Shown here: positions 38,584 through 49,500 of the stretch, one piece after another
How positions within the stretch are numbered: the stretch's first letter is position 1
How the letters are laid out: each line of letters begins with the position of its first letter
Source: Antedon mediterranea
Taxonomy: Eukaryota > Animalia > Echinodermata
Length of the DNA: 64,000 nt
Assembly: GCF_964355755.1 (NCBI RefSeq)
Contig: NC_092680.1
Span: 10,850,001-10,914,000, forward strand
Reading direction: 5' to 3'
Program-made: the position numbers and the translations under genes
The notes under the pieces: generated by a model
What the model was told of the DNA's origin: nothing
Database searches by the model: none
Seen by the model: only the letters and a program-made list of their open reading frames with translations

Positions 38584-39532
38584 ATGATGTCTACGAAGCC
38601 AAATTTAAGATCTAAACAGACAACCGGGAAATCAACCGATAATTTATCTGTGCCTACCGAAGGCCCGATCAACGATGGAGAACAGCCTGCTACCCAGCCT
38701 GCTGATTCACCCAACATACCAGATACCGAAGCCTTGCCGGTACAACAACAAAGCCCATTGTTGTCAAAGGACTCGTCTACTTTGCAAGATGTTAAGCTCC
38801 TCCTATCAGACGATACGGAACTTGTAAGTATTGTTGCAGCAACGATAAGCAAACATATTCTTTCGTCACCCGATCTTATGGATAAAATAATATCATCCAT
38901 ATGCGGAAATGAAACCGTAATAAGATCAATAAGTGACGCCATTATTGACCAGGTTAGCCAAAATATTTACAGTAGCATCTCTATGGACAACGAGACTATA
39001 GCGGGCGACATTATTACTCTACAAGAGCAAAATGACCGTCTGAGAAAAGAACATCGCGGTATGGTGGACAAGATCGATGACCTCGAACAGTACAGTAGGC
39101 GCAACTGCCTACTAATTCACGGAGTACCCGAAACGGCAAATGAAAACACAGATACCTTAGCTCTAGATATTATAACATCTCGCATCTGCGAAGATATGGA
39201 ACTAATCGATATAGACTCACCGACTTGGACGGAAGAAAGTACTCCATAACAACAAAACACGCAGCAGTTCTAAACCGAGGCCTCGTCCGATTATCGTAAA
39301 ATTTTCCACATACCGCGCACGAGCAGAAGTGTTTCGCAACAAGAAATTGCTTAAAAATTCTTCTTACTCTATAACCGAGAACTTAACACCTTCTCGCATG
39401 ACCCTCCTGCGCGAAGCGGGCGCACATGCCGCTGTGGAAGCCGCGTGGTCGCTCGATGGACGGATCAACTGCCTTCTGCACAACAAGAAGAAGATTGTCA
39501 TTAGGTCTACATCCGACCTCCGTAATCTCTAG
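38584..39532 (+). pseudogene. LINE ORF1 (coiled coil + L1-type RRM), one frameshift near 39215
   Basis: LEQYSRRNCLLIHGVPE, then in the shifted frame HRLG...PRPIIVKF...ITENLT. Confidence 0.85.
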
Positions 39533-40239
39533 ATGTAATTAAAACATCAACTATCAATTAATATTGCTTGTATGTTCCGCTGTGCGGATTCAGCTACAGT
39601 AAACCTTGATTGTTCCTGTCTGATCCCAAAATTATTTATATTACATATTACTCCTGTTGTTGTCGTTTATCGTCATCATCATCTTTTATTATTATTATTA
39701 TTAATATTATTATTATTATTATTGGTGTTATTTTTATTATTATTATCGTTATATTATTATTGTTGTCACGAGTGTTAAATAAATACACTTGTATTTATTT
39801 ATTTATCTATTTAAGAAAAAAACAACAACTCTATTACAATTGGCCTACCTCACTTGTGTTGTTTGTCTGCTACTTGCAAGTACAATGGTAACTCGCTATC
39901 AATTTAAGTAGTATACGTAATCATAATTACATGGTACATAGTACCTTACACATTATTACAAAATTAACATTCCTCGACTTGCAACTATTATTACTACCGG
40001 TATTATTTACTATTTATTATCTATTATAATAATACGATATATGAAATAGAAATTATATATAATATATATGTATAATTTTATAAATGACAGTGTTCATTTG
40101 ACTGAATTATACCAATTTCACCCACTGTCCAAAAATGCATTTTACGAGTCAATGCGTTGCGATTTTTGAAATTATTATTTAATCAAAATTTATCTTACTT
40201 ATCACGTCACTGTAACCTACTTCTACGTAAATTTGTTCT

Positions 40240-43200
40240 ATGTTGTGTGTGTACTGTAATAAGTGTATAAGGACAAACACATATACAAGCTGTTCTATTT
40301 GTAACAAGCCATCCCATACAAATTGCGCCCCTCCATCTGTGAACTTTTATTGCCTAAAATGCCTTGCCGACTCTCTTCCTTTCAATCATATACCAAATGA
40401 TGATGAATTCAAATACGAAATAAATCAACTTAACAATGATCATACTATAAGCTTTCATGAACTCCAAAATTTAAAAATTAATCCCTTTGAAATAAATGAT
40501 AAAACTGACAAAAATAATGATAATATAGGCCTAACTAATAAAAATGACAAATGCGAATACTACTTAAGTGATACATTTAATAACAAAATCAGTAACAAAA
40601 ACACAATGCTAAGCATAATCCATATGAATTCCCGTAGCCTGGTCAAAAATTTCAATTCTATAACAAATTATCTTCTCACCCTAAACCATAAATTTTCCAT
40701 TTTAGGCTTCAGTGAAACTTGGTTTGACCAAAACAATTCCCCTCCTCCTCTTACACATATTGATGGATATACATTGGTGCAATCCGACCGTCTAGATAGA
40801 AAAGGTGGAGGGGTCGCCCTCTATATTTCAAATGATTTAAACTTTAAAATTAGAACCGACATCAATTTACCGTCCAATCCAACATATGAATCCCTCTTTA
40901 TCGAAGTTGAAAATGAACTTAAAAATAGCATAGTAGGTATTATATACAGACCACCCAATAGTTCCACCCATCCCTTTTTAAACAACCTCTCAACATGCAT
41001 TGACATGGCGTCACGTGAAAAAAAACACTCGTTTGTTTGTGGCGACTTTAACCTTGACCTTCTCAAACATACAACACATAGTCCCACTAATGAATTTTTA
41101 AACATCATGTACTCTGCATCCTTTTACCCTCTCATTGATAAACCCACCCGAATTACTACCAAATCCTCTACCCTTATTGATAACATATTTTCCAACGTTC
41201 TTGACCATAAACTTACTCCAGGTATACTATACAACGACATCACCGATCACTTCCCAATATTCCAAATACCAAATAATCCCAATGGTAACTCTCATACTCG
41301 TCAGATACAAATTAAAAATACGTACTCCACAAGAAAAATTAATTCTAAAACAATTGCATCATTAGGTGTCAATTTAATCAACACAAACTGGAATGAGGTA
41401 TATGAAAACAACTCTGCGGAGGAATCATATAAATCATTCCATGATAAATTTTCTTTATTATACAATACTAATATTCCGAGGACAAAAATTAAAATAAATA
41501 AACGCAAACTAAACAAACCTTGGATAACAAATGGAATAATAAAATCTATAAATACTCGAAATAAACTATATAAAAAATACATAAATTCACCTACCCAAAT
41601 CAATAAAACCAACTATATAACATTCAGAAATAAACTTACCCATCTGATTAGAATTTCAAGTAAACAACATTTTACAAATAAATTTGATAATTACAAAAAC
41701 AACATAAAAAAAACATGGCAAACAATCAATAATATCTTAGGGAAAAACATCCAAAGGACAACAGCCACATTTTTTCTAAATGACGACATTAAATTAACTG
41801 ATCCCATTGAAATTGCTACCAAATTTAATCAATATTTTACTGAAATTGGCCCCAAGCTTGCTTCAAAAATCCAATCCAACGGTGGAAATTTCTCTGACTT
41901 TCTCAACAACCCCACCAAAGACTCTATCTTCTTCTCCCCCACCTCTAGCAAAGAAATTCTCGACATCACATCAAAATTTAAAAACGGCAAAAGCTCTGGG
42001 CCGGATGACATTTACCCTAAGGTCTTAAAAGATATTGCACCATTTATTGCCGGTCCCCTTACTCATATTTTTAATCTTTCTCTTTCTACTGGTATTTTTC
42101 CTTCCTCCCTAAAAACTGCTAAAGTAATCCCCGTTTTCAAAAAGAACGACCCACATTCCTTCTCAAACTATCGACCTATCTCTCTCCTACCTTGCTTTTC
42201 TAAAATACTAGAACGCATTATCTATGACAGACTTTATCATTTCTTCTCTACCCATAACATTCTTCAAAACAACCAGTATGGCTTCCGCTTACAACACTCC
42301 ACTGATCTCGCACTTCTTGACATCCAAAATAAAATTTCTGTCGCACTATCAAATAAACATCACACCATTGGCCTATTTCTCGACCTATCCAAAGCTTTTG
42401 ACACTATTGACCATTCAATCCTCTTATCTAAACTTAACCACTATGGCATCCGTGGAATTCCTTTATCCCTAATTACTAACTACCTTCAAGACAGAATGCA
42501 ATTCACTTCTTTTAATTCTCACTCCTCTGACATCCTTCCTGTTAAATGTGGCGTTCCTCAAGGTTCTATTCTTGGTCCCCTTCTCTTCCTAATCTACATA
42601 AATGATCTGATTTATGCCTCAAACTATTTCTCTTATGTTCTATTTGCAGATGACACTAATATCTTTCTCTCCAGCCCAGAACCTAACACTTTAATTCAAA
42701 CTTTCAACCGAGAAATCCGAAACGTTTCAAACTGGTTTAAAATCAACAAGCTTTCACTAAACATCAGCAAAACAAATTACATTCACTTTTCCGGAAATAA
42801 AAACAATAATAATGCTACAAATACAAATATCTATATCGATAATATACCCATCAAACCAGTCGACCACACCCATTTTCTTGGTGTAATTATTGATAATAAA
42901 CTGAACTGGAATCTCCATATTAATAACATATCAAACAAAATTTCAAGAACTATTGGCATACTAAATAAACTTAAATTCACTCTTCCGTCTAACATCCTTT
43001 TTTCTTTATATAATACTCTAATACTTCCACATCTCTCTTACTGCAACATTGCATGGGCAGCCACTAACTCAAAACATCGAACTCTCTGTCCATGGACCAG
43101 CACGGAAACAACCAAAATAGACAAACTTTTCAAACTCCAAAAAAAGGCCCTTCGCATTTGCACTCTCTCAAAATACCTCTCCCACTCTAAACCTCTTTTT

Positions 43201-43521
43201 CACACCCTAAATACCCTAAACATTTTTGACATTAATAAATTGCAAACTGCCCTCTTCATGTTTAGGTACTCAAATAACAAACTACCATCCACTTTCAACG
43301 GTTTCTTCACTAAAAATAACGAACTACACAAATATAACACTAGGAACGCAAACAACTACATTTCCAAAAACTATAGCAGTAAGCAAATATTTAACTCTAT
43401 ACTACATACTGGTCCCCTACTCTGGAACTCTCTTAATCCGTCAATAACTAATAGCAAAACAAATAATACTCTAAAAATAAACTACAAATCTTATCTAATA
43501 TCAAAATATAAAGTAAATTAA
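40240..43521 (+). CDS. Intact LINE ORF2: PHD-like finger + apurinic endonuclease + reverse transcriptase (1093 aa)
   Basis: N-terminal C4-H-C3 pattern; SETW, GDFN, TDH (endonuclease); RPISLL, DLSKAFD, GVPQGSILGP, FADD (RT). Confidence 0.95.
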   Translation: MLCVYCNKCIRTNTYTSCSICNKPSHTNCAPPSVNFYCLKCLADSLPFNHIPNDDEFKYEINQLNNDHTISFHELQNLKINPFEINDKTDKNNDNIGLTNKNDKCEYYLSDTFNNKISNKNTMLSIIHMNSRSLVKNFNSITNYLLTLNHKFSILGFSETWFDQNNSPPPLTHIDGYTLVQSDRLDRKGGGVALYISNDLNFKIRTDINLPSNPTYESLFIEVENELKNSIVGIIYRPPNSSTHPFLNNLSTCIDMASREKKHSFVCGDFNLDLLKHTTHSPTNEFLNIMYSASFYPLIDKPTRITTKSSTLIDNIFSNVLDHKLTPGILYNDITDHFPIFQIPNNPNGNSHTRQIQIKNTYSTRKINSKTIASLGVNLINTNWNEVYENNSAEESYKSFHDKFSLLYNTNIPRTKIKINKRKLNKPWITNGIIKSINTRNKLYKKYINSPTQINKTNYITFRNKLTHLIRISSKQHFTNKFDNYKNNIKKTWQTINNILGKNIQRTTATFFLNDDIKLTDPIEIATKFNQYFTEIGPKLASKIQSNGGNFSDFLNNPTKDSIFFSPTSSKEILDITSKFKNGKSSGPDDIYPKVLKDIAPFIAGPLTHIFNLSLSTGIFPSSLKTAKVIPVFKKNDPHSFSNYRPISLLPCFSKILERIIYDRLYHFFSTHNILQNNQYGFRLQHSTDLALLDIQNKISVALSNKHHTIGLFLDLSKAFDTIDHSILLSKLNHYGIRGIPLSLITNYLQDRMQFTSFNSHSSDILPVKCGVPQGSILGPLLFLIYINDLIYASNYFSYVLFADDTNIFLSSPEPNTLIQTFNREIRNVSNWFKINKLSLNISKTNYIHFSGNKNNNNATNTNIYIDNIPIKPVDHTHFLGVIIDNKLNWNLHINNISNKISRTIGILNKLKFTLPSNILFSLYNTLILPHLSYCNIAWAATNSKHRTLCPWTSTETTKIDKLFKLQKKALRICTLSKYLSHSKPLFHTLNTLNIFDINKLQTALFMFRYSNNKLPSTFNGFFTKNNELHKYNTRNANNYISKNYSSKQIFNSILHTGPLLWNSLNPSITNSKTNNTLKINYKSYLISKYKVN

Positions 43522-46500
43522 TTATTTTGATCATATTAATAACTTATAATTAAATTTAATTAGGCAAATCATATAAATACAGTTTGTCCTTCCTGTCGTC
43601 CTTGTCGTGATTGTATCGTCGTACATGTCCGTCCCTGTCTGTCAGTAGCTAACCTTCACCTTATGCTTATTATTATTATTTTTAACTTTTTTATTCTTTC
43701 TGGTGGATCCAGGCTTAAAGCCCCTTGGGGTTTAAATGGTATTCTCCAGGCATAATGCAACTATTATTTACTTAATTTCCAACCACTTGTATCTTTTATA
43801 TTTTGTATATGTTTGCATTATGTGAATAAATTTGAACTTGAACTTGAACTTGAAAATAAATATTTTTTTTTTAAATGAGATATTTTGATGGTTGTAAATG
43901 TCAGGCCTAAAGAAGTGGACTTTTTTAAAATCAGAAACAAAGTTGCATGGCATTATTTTTCATTGATTGATCATCTATTTCATATAAATAGACTATTATC
44001 AGCTCTTCAGTCATCTACTGGTTTGCGGCGTAACGGGTAATCCTCAGGTTTGAGTGATTTCAATAGTGGGTTCGAACTTCTAGGGATATTGTTTTTCTTT
44101 TTTTTTTATTCGAAAATAAATATTGTTTTTGAAAGTGAAATATTGTTATAGTTCTAAATGTCAGGCCTGAACAAGTGGACCTTTTTTAAAATCAGAAACA
44201 AAGTTGCATAACAATATTTTTCATTGATTGATCATTCATTTCATATAAATAGACTATTATCAGCCCTTCAGTCATCTACTGGGTTGTGGCGTAACCGGTA
44301 GTTACCTCTAGGGATATTTTTATTTATTTTCTTTTTAAATTGAAAATAAATATTGTTTTTGAAAGTGAGATATTTTGAGGGTTGTAAATGTCAGGCATAA
44401 ACAAGTGGACCTTTTTTAAAATCAGAAAGAAAGTTGCATGGCATTATTTTTCATTGATTGATCATTAATTTCATTTAAATAGACTATTATCAGCTCCTCA
44501 GTCATCTACTGGTTTGTGGCGTAACGGGTAATACTCAGGTCTGAGTGCTCTCAGTAGTGGGTTCTAACCTCTAGTGATATTTCTTTTTTCTTTTTTTTTT
44601 AATTGAAAATAATTATTTTTTTTGAAAATGAGATATTTAACCTTTTTTAAAATCAGAAACAAAGTTGAATGGCATTATTTTTCATTGATTGATCATTAAT
44701 TTCATATTATCAGCTCTTCAGTAATCTACTGGTTTGTGGCGTAACGGGTAATACCCAGGTTCGAGTGCTCTCAATAGCGGGTTCCAACCTCTACGGATAT
44801 TGCTTTTTTTTTTCTTATTGAAAATAAATATTTTTTTTGAAAATGAGATATTTTGAGGGTTGTAAATGTCAGGCCTAAACAAACGGATCTTTTTTTCAAT
44901 CAGAAACAAAGTTGCATGGCATTATTTTTCATTAATTGATCATTCATTTCATATAAATAGACTATTATGATCTCTTCAGGCATCTACTGGTTTGTGGCGT
45001 AACGGGTAATGCTCAGGTTTGAGTGCTCTGAGTAGTGGGTCCAACCTCTAGGGATATTTTTTTTCTTTTTTTTTATTGAAAATAAATATTTTTTTTGAAA
45101 GTGAGATATTTTTATGGTTGTAAATGTCAGGCCTAACCAAGTGGACCTTTTTTAAAATCAGAAACAAAGTTGCATAGCATTATTTTTCATTGATTGATCA
45201 TCCATTCATATAAATAGACTATTATCATCTCTTCAGTCATCTACTGGTTTGTGGCGTAACGGGTAATGCTCAGGTTTGAGTGCTCTCAATAGTGGTTTCG
45301 AACCTCTAGGGATATTTTTTTTCTTTTTTTTTAAATTGAAATAAATAGGGTTTTTGAAAGTGAGATATTTTGAAGGTTGTAAATGTCAGGCCTAAACAAA
45401 TGGATCTTTTTTAAAATCAGAAACAAAGTTGCATAACATCATTTTACATTGATTGATCATTAATTTCATATAAATAGACTATTATGATCTCTTCAGGCAT
45501 CTACTGGTTTGTGGCGTAACGGGTAATACTAAGGTCTGAGTGCTCTCAGTATTGGGTTCGAACCTCTAGGGATATTTCTTTTTTCTTTTTTTTTTTAATT
45601 GAAAATAAATATTTTTTTTTAAAAGAGATATTTTGATGGTTGTAAATGTCAGGCCTAAAGAAGCGGACCTTTTTTAAAATCAGAAACAAAGTTGCATAAC
45701 ATTATTTTTCATTGATTGATCATTAAATTCATATTATCAGCAATTCAGTAATCTACTGGTTTGTGGCGTAACGGGTAATACCCAGGTTTGATTGCTCTCA
45801 GTAGCGGGTTCCAACCTCTAGGGATATTGCTTTTTTTTTTCTTATTGAAAACAAATATTTTTTTTAGAAAATGAGATATTTTGAGGGTTATAAATGTCAG
45901 GCCTAAAGAAATGGATCTTTTTTAAAATCAGAAACAAAGTTGCATGGCATTATTTTTCATTGATTGATCATTCATTTCATATAAATAGACTATTATCAGG
46001 TTTTCAGTCTTCTACTGGTTTGTGGCGTAACGGGTAATTCTCAGGTTTGAGTGCTCTGAGAAGTGGGTGGAACCTCTAGGAATATTTTTTTCTTTTTTTT
46101 TTAAATTGAAAATAAATATGGTTTTTGAAAGTGAGATATTTTGAGGGTTTTAAATGTCAGGCCTAAACAAGTGGACATTTTTTTCAATCAGAAACAAAGT
46201 TGCATGGCATTATTTTTCATTTATTGATCATTCATTTCATATAAATAGACTATTATCAGTTCTTCAGTCATCTACTTGTTTGTGGCGTAACGGGTAATGC
46301 TCAGGTTTGAGTGCTCTGAGTAGTGGGTGGAACCTCTAGGGATAATTTTTTCTTTTTTTTTACAATTGAAAATAAATATGATTTTTGAAAGTGAGATATT
46401 TTGAGGGTTTTAAATGTCAGGCCTAAACAAGTGGACATTTTTTTTCAATCAGAAACAAAGTTGCATGGCATTATTTTTCATTGATTGATCATTCATTTCA

Positions 46501-49500
46501 TATAAATAGACTATTATCAGCTCTTCAGTCATCTACTGGTTTGTGGCGTAACGGGTAATGCTCAGGTTTGAGTGCTCTCAATAGTGGTTTCGAACCTCTA
46601 TGGATGTTTTTTCTCTTTTTTTTTTTAATTGAAAATAAATATTTTTTTTGAAAATGAGATATTTTGAAGGTTGTAAATGTCAGGCCTAAACAAATGGATC
46701 TTTTTTAAAATCAGAAACAAAGTTGCATGGCATTATTTTTCATTGATTGATCATTCATTTCATATAAATACACTATTATCAGCTATTCAGTCATCTACTG
46801 GTTTGTGGCGTAACGGGTAATGCTCAGGTTTGAGTGCTCTGAGTAGTGGGTCGAACCTCTAGGGATATTTTTTTTCTTTTTTTTTATTGAAAATAAATAT
46901 TTTTTTTGAAAGTGAGATATTTTTATGGTTGTAAATGTCAGGCCTAACCAAGTGGACCTTTTTTAAAATCAGAAACAAAGTTGCATAGCATTATTTTTCA
47001 TTGATTGATCATCCATTCATATAAATAGACTATTATCATCTCTTCAGTCATCTACTGGTTTGTGGCGTAACGGGTAATGCTCAGGTTTGAGTGCTCTCAA
47101 TAGTGGTTTCGAACCTCTAGGGATATTTTTTTTCTTTTTTTTTAAATTGAAATAAATAGGGTTTTTGAAAGTGAGATATTTTGAAGGTTGTAAATGTCAG
47201 GCCTAAACAAATGGATCTTTTTTAAAATCAGAAACAAAGTTGCATAACATCATTTTACATTGATTGATCATTCATTTCATATAAATAGACTATTATGATC
47301 TCTTCAGGCATCTACTGGTTTGTGGCGTAACGGGTAATACTAAGGTCTGAGTGCTCTCAGTATTGGGTTCGAACGTCTAGGGATAATTCTTTTTTCTTTT
47401 TTTTTTTAATTGAAAATAAATATTTTTTTTTAAAAGAGATATTTTGATGGTTGTAAATGTCAGGCCTAAAGAAGCGGACCTTTTTTAAAATCAGAAACAA
47501 AGTTGCATAACATTATTTTTCATTGATTGATCATTAAATTCATATTATCAGCACTTCAGTAATCTACTGGTTTGTGGCGTAACGGGTAATACCCAGGTTT
47601 GATTGCTCTCAGTAGCGGGTTCCAACCTCTAGGGATATTGCTTTTTTTTTTCTTATTGAAAACAAATATTTTTTTAGAAAATGAGATATTTTGAGGGTTA
47701 TAAATGTCAGGCCTAAAGAAATGGATCTTTTTTAAAATCAGAAACAAAGTTGCATGGCATTATTTTTCATTGATTGATCATTCATTTCATATAAATAGAC
47801 TATTATCAGGTTTTCAGTCTTCTACTGGTTTGTGGCTTAACGGATAATTCTCAGGTTTGAGTGCTCTGAGAAGTGGGTGGAACCTCTAGGAATATTTTTT
47901 TCTTTTTTTTTTAAATTGAAAATAAATATGGTTTTTGAAAGTGAGATATTTTGAGGGTTTTAAATGTCAGGCCTAAACAAGTGGACATTTTTTTCAATCA
48001 GAAACAAAGTTGCATGGCATTATTTTTCATTTATTGATCATTCATTTCATATAAATAGACTATTATGAGTTCTTCAGTCATCTACTTGTTTGTGGCGTAA
48101 CGGGTAATGCTCAGGTTTGAGTGCTCTGAGTAGTGGGTGGAACCTCTAGGGATAATTTTTTCTTTTTTTTTACAATTGAAAATAAATATGATTTTTGAAA
48201 GTGAGATATTTTGAGGGTTTTAAATCTCAGGCCTAAACAAGTGGACATTTTTTTTCAATCAGAAACAAAGTTGCATGGCATTATTTTTCATTGATTGATC
48301 ATTCATTTCATATAAATAGACTATTATCAGCTCTTCAGTCATCTACTGGTTTGTGGCGTAACGGGTAATGCTCAGGTTTGAGTGCTCTCAATAGTGGTTT
48401 CGAACCACTATGGATATTTTTTCTCTTTTTTTTTTTAATTGAAAATAAATATTTTTTTTTAAAATGAGATATTTTGAAGGTTGTAAATGTCAGGCCTAAA
48501 CAAATTGATCTTTTTTAAAATCAGAAACAAAGTTGCATGGCATTATTTTTCATTGATTGATCATTCATTTCATATAAATATACTATTATCAGCTATTCAG
48601 TCATCTACTGGTTTGTGGCGTAACGGGTAATGCTCAGGTTTGAGTGCTCTGAGTAGTGGGTCGAACCTCTAGGTATATTTTTTTTCTTTTTTTTTTAAAT
48701 TGAAATAATTATGGTTTTTGAAAGTGAGATATTTTGAGGGTTGTAAATGTCAGGCCTAAACAAGTGGACATTTTTTTCAATCAGAAACAAAGTTGCATGG
48801 CATTATTTTTCATTGATTGATCATTTATTTCATATAAATAGACGATTATCAGCACTTCAGTAATCTACTGGTTTGTGGCGTAACGGGTAATACCCAGGCT
48901 TGATTGCTCTCAGTAGCGGGTTCCAACCTCTAGGGATATTGCTTTTTTTTTTTTTTAAATTGAAAATAAATATGGTTTTTGAAAGTGAGATATTTTGAGG
49001 GTTTTAAATGTCAGGCCTAAACAAGTGGACATTTTTTTCAATCAGAAACAAAGTTGCATGGCATTATTTTTCATTGATTGATCATACATTCATATAAATA
49101 GACTATTATCAGCTCTTCACTCATCTACTGGGTTGTGGCGTAACGGGTAATGCTCAGGTTTGAGTGCTCTCAATAGTGGTTTCGAACCTCTAGGGATATT
49201 TGTTTTCTTTTTTTTTAAATAGAAATAAATATGGTTTTTGAAAGTGAGATATTTTCAAGGTTGTAAATGTCAGGCCTAAACAAATGGATCTTTTTTAAAA
49301 TCAGAAACAAAGTTGCATAACATCATTTTACATTGATTGATCATTCATTTCATATAAATAGACTATTATGATCTCTTCAGGCATCTACTGGTTTGTGGCG
49401 TAACGGGTAATACTCAGGTCTGAGTGCTCTCAGTATTGGGTTCGAACCTCTAGGGATATTTCTTTTTTCTTTTTTTTTTTTAATTGAAAATAAATATTTT

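Larger units (their letters stand above)
38458..43849 (+). mobile_element. Apparently full-length CR1/L2-group LINE with an 8-bp TSD
   Basis: ORF1 + ORF2, 3' hairpin (TAAAGCCCC-TT-GGGGTTTA), AATAAA followed by a (TTGAAC)3 tail. TSD TTGAAAAT at 38450 and 43850. Confidence 0.95.

Noticed and set aside
39572-39891. Poly-Leu/poly-Ile ORFs as membrane proteins
   Set aside because: Translations of a (TAT)n microsatellite in the LINE inter-ORF spacer.
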